Shown: positions 58,190 through 64,000 of the stretch, piece by piece | How the letters are laid out: each line of letters begins with the position of its first letter | Numbering within the stretch: position 1 is the stretch's first letter | Assembly: GCA_963664435.2 (NCBI GenBank) | Contig: CAXXKM010000002.1 | Span: forward strand, 736,001 to 800,000 | From: Longimicrobiales bacterium | GTDB taxonomy: Bacteria; Gemmatimonadota; Gemmatimonadetes; Longimicrobiales; Gaopeijiaceae | Length of the DNA stretch: 64,000 nt | Direction of reading: 5' to 3' | Made by a program: the position numbers and the translations under genes | The notes under the pieces: model-generated | What the model was told of the DNA's origin: nothing | The model's input: the letters and a program-made list of their open reading frames with translations, nothing else | Database searches by the model: none

Positions 58190-60808
58190 ATGAAGCCCCC
58201 GAAACCCCTCACGCACCGCAGCGTCTCTCTCAGCATCGTTGCCCTGTTGCTGTCGTTGCCTCCCGCGGTACCGGCGACGGCCCAGACCACCGGGATCATC
58301 GAAGGCATGGTCGTGGGCGCGAACGGTTTTCCGATGTCCGGTGCGCTGGTGACGCTGGCCGGCACCGCCGCGAGCCGGGAGAGCGTCGCGGGCGCCGATG
58401 GCTCATTCCGGTTCGCGGATCTGGCGGCCGGCGACTACGTCGTGACGGCGAGGCTTCCCGGTTTCGAGACGGCGGAACTCCAGGTCGCGCTCGAGGCGGG
58501 CGCCACCCGGACGGCCCAGCTGGTTCTGCAGGTCACCTATCTGTTCGACACACTCAGCGTCGTGGCCGAGGAGCCCCGGATCTTCGCGCGCAACTTCGTC
58601 CCCGAGTCGATGATCCGGCAGCAGTCGACCATCGCCAGCGTGGCCGCGGTGGTGGACAACCTCCCCGGGGTATCGGTCCAGGAGGGGGATGCGTACGGCT
58701 TCGACGACTGGTCGAGCAACGTCGCCGTGCGCGGCTTCCAGGTGACCATCAGCGAAGCGCAGATCGGGACGACCATCGACGGGTTTCCGAACGGCACCTC
58801 CGACTACTTTAGCGGCGCCAAGGCGAATCGCTTCGTCGACCCGATGAACCTCGCGAGCGTCGAGGTCTCGCAGGGCACGGCCGACATCGCCTCGCGGTCA
58901 GTGGAGGCGCTGGGCGGCACCTTCAACTACCTCACCAGCGATCCGGCGGCGGAGCGCACTTACACGGCGTCCGCCACCATCGGTGAGAACGGGGGCGAGC
59001 GCTTTTTCATGCGGGTCGACACCGGACCGTTGTTCGGCGGGGCGACGCGCGCCTGGATCGCCGGCGTGCGGCAGGAAGCGACCGACTGGGTGCAGGGCTC
59101 CGCGAGGAACGAACGGGAGCACCTCGCCGCCAAGCTGGTTTCGGCGCACGGGTCGCTCGATCTCACGAGCTACATCTCATACGACGCCATCCACGAGGAC
59201 ACCTACCAGCGGCTCTACAGCGACGCCGACTTCAGGGCCAACCCGCGCTGGGACCGGCTGGTCGGCGACTGGCCGGGGGTGCCGTACCTGAACCAGTTCT
59301 ACCGGCCCGGCTGGCAGACCCGGCGCAACAACACGCTCGCCTACCTCAGGGCGAACTGGGCGCAGAGCGAGCTGAGTTCGCTGAGCGCGGGCATCTACTA
59401 CCATCGCAACCGGGGCCGCGGCGACTGGCTGCCCCCATACATCGTCGACCTGGTCGACGACCGCGGCGGACCGGAATCCGAGCTCGCAGGCTACGCGCCG
59501 ATCCGGGGCGGCGCGCAACTCGGGCTCATCCGCTTCGTGGACGGGAACGGCGTCGCGGTCGACCCGACGCCCGGCTGCACCTCCTCCTACATCTTCAACT
59601 ACTACGGCTCGGGCGGCGCGGCGGTCGACCCGGCGTGCCACCCGGGGGCAACGGCGGTGCAGTCATACCGCCACAGCCACTACGGGAAGGACCGCTTCGG
59701 CCTGACCCTCGACGAAGAGTGGTCCGCCACCCTCGGCAGGGCCGGCAGCGCGCTCCGGGCCGGCATCTGGTACGAGGGTTCAACGCGCCACCTGGGCCGG
59801 GACTGGCACCGCATGCTCGACCCCACGCTCAGCTTCAAGTGGGACGAGCAGGCCTATTGGTACCAGTATGAGTGGGATTTCCCGCAGCACGTCTTCAAGT
59901 GGTACCTGGAAGAGACGCTGTATGTCGGCTCTTTCGCCCTCAGCGGCGGCGTCAAGAAGTTCCACATCAACGTTGCGCGGGAGGACCAGTTCGGCGCCGA
60001 TCGAGCGCTCGACGTCGACTCCGACTCAGGGCTGCTCTTCTCCGGCGGCGTCACCTGGGAGACGCCGGTCCAGGGCCTCGACGTCTTCGCAGGCTATGCC
60101 CAGAACTTCAAGGCGATCAGCAGCACGCTGCTCGAGGTCCCGGGCCGGAGCCTGGATCTGCTCGAGCCCGAGACGGCCTCCAACGTCGATGTCGGGGTGC
60201 AGTATGCCGGGGAGCGACTCGCGTTCAGTGCCGCCTGGTATTCCATCGACTTCCAGAACCGGATCTTCTACCTCGGCCCGCAGACGCCCGCCGGTCCCAA
60301 CTACCTCGTTCCCGGGGGCGGCGCCTACTTCAACGCCGGCGGCATCGAGACCAGCGGCGTCGAGGTGGCCGCGACGGTGCCGCTGTCCGAACGAACCTCG
60401 TTCTACACGGCCCTCACCTTCAACAACTCGGATTACCTGGGGACCGGTGATCCGCTCGTCGACGAGAACCAGGGCATCGTGGCCGGGACCGACGTGACCG
60501 GCGTGCCGAGTCGGCTTTGGGTCATCTCGCTCGACCGGAGCGGACCGCTGGGCGGAGGAATGTCCGCCAAGTACACGTCGTCGCGGCGCGTGAGTCTGAC
60601 CGCGGACTGGCACACGGACGCCTACTGGATCGTGGACGCCTACGTCACGTTGCGGGGCGAGGCCTTGAGCGACCTCCTGCGCTCGACGGAGTTCTCGCTG
60701 GTGGCGAACAACCTGGGCGACGCCGCATACCTGTCGGCGATCACCGAGAACGCGGCCTGGCTGGGCGCGCCACGGACGGTATCGATGAGCGCGACAGTGT
60801 CGTTCTGA
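58190..60808 (+). CDS. TonB-dependent receptor with N-terminal carboxypeptidase-regulatory-like domain
   Basis: Signal peptide, plug domain (LPGV...VRGF...IDG.P), LEPET, NL.D..Y, terminal GAPRT....ATVSF. Confidence 0.9.
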   Translation: MKPPKPLTHRSVSLSIVALLLSLPPAVPATAQTTGIIEGMVVGANGFPMSGALVTLAGTAASRESVAGADGSFRFADLAAGDYVVTARLPGFETAELQVALEAGATRTAQLVLQVTYLFDTLSVVAEEPRIFARNFVPESMIRQQSTIASVAAVVDNLPGVSVQEGDAYGFDDWSSNVAVRGFQVTISEAQIGTTIDGFPNGTSDYFSGAKANRFVDPMNLASVEVSQGTADIASRSVEALGGTFNYLTSDPAAERTYTASATIGENGGERFFMRVDTGPLFGGATRAWIAGVRQEATDWVQGSARNEREHLAAKLVSAHGSLDLTSYISYDAIHEDTYQRLYSDADFRANPRWDRLVGDWPGVPYLNQFYRPGWQTRRNNTLAYLRANWAQSELSSLSAGIYYHRNRGRGDWLPPYIVDLVDDRGGPESELAGYAPIRGGAQLGLIRFVDGNGVAVDPTPGCTSSYIFNYYGSGGAAVDPACHPGATAVQSYRHSHYGKDRFGLTLDEEWSATLGRAGSALRAGIWYEGSTRHLGRDWHRMLDPTLSFKWDEQAYWYQYEWDFPQHVFKWYLEETLYVGSFALSGGVKKFHINVAREDQFGADRALDVDSDSGLLFSGGVTWETPVQGLDVFAGYAQNFKAISSTLLEVPGRSLDLLEPETASNVDVGVQYAGERLAFSAAWYSIDFQNRIFYLGPQTPAGPNYLVPGGGAYFNAGGIETSGVEVAATVPLSERTSFYTALTFNNSDYLGTGDPLVDENQGIVAGTDVTGVPSRLWVISLDRSGPLGGGMSAKYTSSRRVSLTADWHTDAYWIVDAYVTLRGEALSDLLRSTEFSLVANNLGDAAYLSAITENAAWLGAPRTVSMSATVSF

Positions 60809-60890
60809 GGGGCTGGCTTCCGTTTCGGGGGGCTGGGGCTTCCGTTCCGAGGGGCCGGCTGATCTCGGCCGGGTCAGCACCCTCGGCGCC

Positions 60891-61011
60891 ATTCCGCATT
60901 TGCGCGTCCCATTTTGACATTGGCAGGTCTGGATTTCCGCCGCTGCGTGCAATCGGAAACCAGGTGACCCGATTTCGCATTCACGCGTCCCGTTTTGCCA
61001 TTGACAGGTTT
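60891..61011. repeat. Imperfect 40-bp direct repeat pair, 81-bp period
   Basis: 60891-60930 versus 60972-61011, 33/40 identical. Confidence 0.7.
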
Positions 61012-61223
61012 CGAACCCGCCTTTCTGCAGTATCCAATATCCCGCGTTCCATAGTCCGCCAGGGGCTCTGACCGGCCCTCTGGGGGCGTTCGCGGGCAGC
61101 GTCCTCCTGCGATGGCCTCCAGGCCCCGCGTCGGCCGCTACAGGCCATCCTGAGAGGCCGTTTTCAGTGGCGTTATATTTACAGGTAAGTCATCAACAAT
61201 GAAACCATATTTGGGGAAGACCG

Positions 61224-62951
61224 ATGATCGCGCCTGCAGACTATGGCTGCGCCACGCGCGAAGCGCCCTCTTCCAAAGAGGACGACGAACTCCGGAAGCT
61301 CGGCGAACGCATCGCGGAGCTGGCGGCCCGCATCAACTCCGCAGAAGCGCGGATGATGAAACTCATCGCCGAATTCGACCGCCGGGGCGGCTGGAAGGAC
61401 GGCGGCTTCTCGTCCTGCGCCGAATGGCTGGCGTGGCGGCTCGGCATGACCATCGGCCCGGCTCGTGAGCGCGTCCGGACGGCCCGTGCGCTGGAAAACC
61501 TGCCGGAGACGGCGGATGCCCTGGCGGCCGGCAGCATCTCGTACACCAAGGTGCGGGCGCTTACCCGGGTTGCGACCCCCGAGCGCGAGGCGGAACTGCT
61601 GGAGTTCGCGCGCGCGGCCTCGGCGGCGAGGCTGGAGCAGAGGGTGCGCATGTGGAAGAAACTGTCCCGCGACGAAGAGTTGACCGCGGAGGAAGCCCGC
61701 CATCGCAGCCGAACCTTCTCGGTGTTCGTGGACGGCGACGGGATGTACGTGGTGAAGGGCCGGCTCGAGCCGGAGGTCGGGGCGGTGCTCATGCGGGCGG
61801 TGGAGGCCGCATCCGATGCGCTCTTCCGGCGTGAGGGCGAAGCGGGTGCCGGTAGTCACGAGGAAGATGCGGGTGCCGGTCGTCACGAGGACGATGCGGG
61901 TGCGGGTCGTCGCGCCGGTGACGGCAATCCGCGCCCCGAACCGAAGCAGCGCCGGGCGGATGCGGTGGGTCTACTGGCGGAGCGGGCGCTCGCGGCGGGG
62001 TTCGGAGCTGACGGGTGCCATGAGCAGCGGCAGACTCACCCCCAAGAGGAGCCGCAGACTCACCCCCATGAGCAGCGGCAGACCCACCCCCGTGAGCAGC
62101 CGCAGACTCACCTCCGCGGGGAACCGGCGCCCCGATCCGACACCGAGACGCCGGCCCAACCCCGGGCCGAGTCCGGGACACGCGTCGAGTCCGGCACCCG
62201 GGCCGAGCGGTACCAGGTCATGGTTCATTGCGATGCCGCGACTCTCGGGGAGGAAGGTGAGCCCGGGCGCTCCGATCTGGACGGGATCCGCGTTTCCGCG
62301 GAAACGTCGCGGCGCATGGCGTGCGATGCCGCGGTGGTCGCGATGGTCCACGCGAAGAACGGCTCGGTGCTGAACGTGGGCCGCAGGACGCGCACGATTC
62401 CGCCCCACATCCGGCGGGCGCTGGAGGAACGCGACCGCGGATGCCGCTTCCCAGGGTGCGGCTGCAGGTTCACCGAGGCCCATCACGTGAAACACTGGGC
62501 CGACGGCGGTGAGACGAGCCTCGGGAACACCCTGTTACTCTGCCGGAGGCACCACCGGGCCGTCCACGAGGGGCGAGTGAAGGTGTCCGTGAACGGGGGC
62601 GGGACCGTGCTCTTCGTCACCCCGAAGGGGAGGATGCTTGTCGACGCGCCGACGAGGCCCAAAGCGGCTCGTGGCCGCGCGAGAAGGGAGATGATCGCCC
62701 GGAACACCCGGCCCGGGGGTGGCCTCGCCGGCGAGTCAGCCTCGGGCCTGCTGCCGGTCCCATCGGTTCATGGCCCCGCCCCGGACGAGACCGCGGCCTC
62801 GCCCCTGCCGCCGGTCCCATCGGTGTATCGCGGCGCCCCTGGGAAGGGCGATGGCATCACGCTCTCGAACGGAGCTGCGCTTTACCGCGATTCGGAGATC
62901 CCATGGGAGATCGAGGCCGCCGCGCGAGAGGCCATGGAGGAGTCTCCGTAA
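61224..62951 (+). CDS. DUF222 + HNH endonuclease (13E12-repeat-like) protein
   Basis: EFDRR.GW...G..S.A.WL, G.IS..KV, RRADA, RRMACDA, GRRTR.IP...RRAL..RD.GCRFPGC, HHVKHWADGG.T...N..LLC..HH..VH. Confidence 0.88.
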   Translation: MIAPADYGCATREAPSSKEDDELRKLGERIAELAARINSAEARMMKLIAEFDRRGGWKDGGFSSCAEWLAWRLGMTIGPARERVRTARALENLPETADALAAGSISYTKVRALTRVATPEREAELLEFARAASAARLEQRVRMWKKLSRDEELTAEEARHRSRTFSVFVDGDGMYVVKGRLEPEVGAVLMRAVEAASDALFRREGEAGAGSHEEDAGAGRHEDDAGAGRRAGDGNPRPEPKQRRADAVGLLAERALAAGFGADGCHEQRQTHPQEEPQTHPHEQRQTHPREQPQTHLRGEPAPRSDTETPAQPRAESGTRVESGTRAERYQVMVHCDAATLGEEGEPGRSDLDGIRVSAETSRRMACDAAVVAMVHAKNGSVLNVGRRTRTIPPHIRRALEERDRGCRFPGCGCRFTEAHHVKHWADGGETSLGNTLLLCRRHHRAVHEGRVKVSVNGGGTVLFVTPKGRMLVDAPTRPKAARGRARREMIARNTRPGGGLAGESASGLLPVPSVHGPAPDETAASPLPPVPSVYRGAPGKGDGITLSNGAALYRDSEIPWEIEAAAREAMEESP

Positions 62952-63003
62952 GGTGCCGTGGCATGCCGCGCGCGCGTTGCGTACCTGCGGCCCTGGTCGC
63001 ATA

Positions 63004-63041
63004 ATGACAGACTGGTATCCCGATGACAGACTGGTATCCCG
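63004..63041. repeat. Perfect 19-bp tandem duplication
   Basis: ATGACAGACTGGTATCCCG at 63004 and 63023. Confidence 0.9.
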
Positions 63042-63104
63042 TTTTCGTCGGGTATGCATCAGGATTTGTCAGGGCACGCACCAGGAGTCGACGGAGTCCG
63101 CGCG

Positions 63105-64000
63105 ATGAGGCCCATCTTCAGCCTCGCCCCCTCAATGTTGTCGGGCGCGCTCCTGCCCTTCCGCGGGCCGGGCGCGCTCCTGCTCTCCATGCCGGGCGGG
63201 GTACTGTTCGCCGGCCTGGGCGCGTTGCTGCCTGCCGGTCCCGCCTCGGCGCAGACCCCCGAAGAGTTCTTCGAGACCCGGGTGCGTCCGGTGCTCGCCG
63301 AGAGCTGCATGGACTGCCACGGGCGACTCCGCCGCGGGAATCTGCGCCTCAACTCCAGGGAGGCGATGCTGCGCGGGGGCGACTCCGGGCCCGCGATCAT
63401 CCCCGGGGATCCGTCCGGGAGTCTGCTCATCCAGACCGTGCGCCACCAGATCGAGGGGCAGGAGATGCCTCGCGACGAAGATCCGCTCACACCGCAGCAG
63501 ATCGAGGGGCTCATCGAGTGGATTCGCATGGATGCGCCCTGGCCGGCCGTGGCGGAAGGCGCTGAAGGGGCGGGAGGCGCGGCGGGAGCCGCGGGGGGGC
63601 TTCTCGCCCTCGCCGACGAGGGACTCTCGCCCGGGGCCCGCCTCTTCGTCGACAAGGTGCGGCCGGTTCTCGAGCGCAGCTGCTTCTCGTGCCACACCGA
63701 CGACGAACGGAGCGGTCTCCGGCTCGATTCCCGCGAGCGGATGCTCCAGGGGGGCAGCCGCGGCCCCGCGATCATCCCGGGGAACGCGGAAGAGAGCCTC
63801 ATCATCGCCGCGCTCCGGCATGTGGACGATGATCTGCAGATGCCGCGCAACGCGGACCAGCTCCCCGAAGCCGAAATCGAGGGCTTCATCGACTGGATCC
63901 AGGCCGGCGCGGAGTGGGCCGAGATCACCGCGCCGCTGGCGATCCCGAGGCGGGGGGTCACGGCCGAGGAGCGCAACTTCTGGTCGTTCCGGCCACTGGC
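63105..64000 (+). CDS. Planctomycete-type cytochrome c domain protein (probable DUF1549/DUF1553 family), partial
   Basis: Manual translation shows two domains with CMDCH and CFSCH, each with LRL(N/D)SR, GG..GPAIIPG, MP and WI..., ending FWSFRPL at the window edge. Confidence 0.85.
   Translation, partial: MRPIFSLAPSMLSGALLPFRGPGALLLSMPGGVLFAGLGALLPAGPASAQTPEEFFETRVRPVLAESCMDCHGRLRRGNLRLNSREAMLRGGDSGPAIIPGDPSGSLLIQTVRHQIEGQEMPRDEDPLTPQQIEGLIEWIRMDAPWPAVAEGAEGAGGAAGAAGGLLALADEGLSPGARLFVDKVRPVLERSCFSCHTDDERSGLRLDSRERMLQGGSRGPAIIPGNAEESLIIAALRHVDDDLQMPRNADQLPEAEIEGFIDWIQAGAEWAEITAPLAIPRRGVTAEERNFWSFRPL

Noticed and set aside
60891..61011. CRISPR array
   Set aside because: Only two units with 7/40 mismatches, no clear palindrome and no cas genes in the window.

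Overview
High-GC bacterial chromosomal window. Gene content (many secreted peptidases, LVIVD/RCC1/FG-GAP proteins, a planctomycete-type cytochrome c, a DUF222-HNH gene) suggests a Gemmatimonadota-like organism; this is inference. Most of it is ordinary metabolic and envelope genes: S9 peptidases, amidase, penicillin acylase, class III aminotransferase plus methylmalonate-semialdehyde dehydrogenase, glcD/glcE-like oxidase, ccdA/tlpA, BlaI/M56, hydantoinase A-B fusion, M42, fxsA, ispH, lpdA, tRNA-Pro(GGG) and a TonB-dependent receptor. The standout is a ~9.16 kb tyrosine-integrase element (30287-39454) inserted inside a YbdG/MscS mechanosensitive channel gene. It is bounded by an 11-bp direct repeat (CGCCTCGGCGG), and precise excision would rebuild an in-frame 434-aa channel. 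It carries candidate arm-type sites, a strongly paired tandem hairpin containing a near-copy of the att core, two oriT-like cassettes but no relaxase, a frameshifted single-chain restriction-modification gene, a DUF433/PIN toxin-antitoxin pair and an unknown tandem-domain protein. Other accessory loci are an orphan PRTase (RecQ C-terminus) plus DprA module and a DUF222-HNH gene flanked by repeats. Family assignments come from motif recognition by eye; no searches were run.
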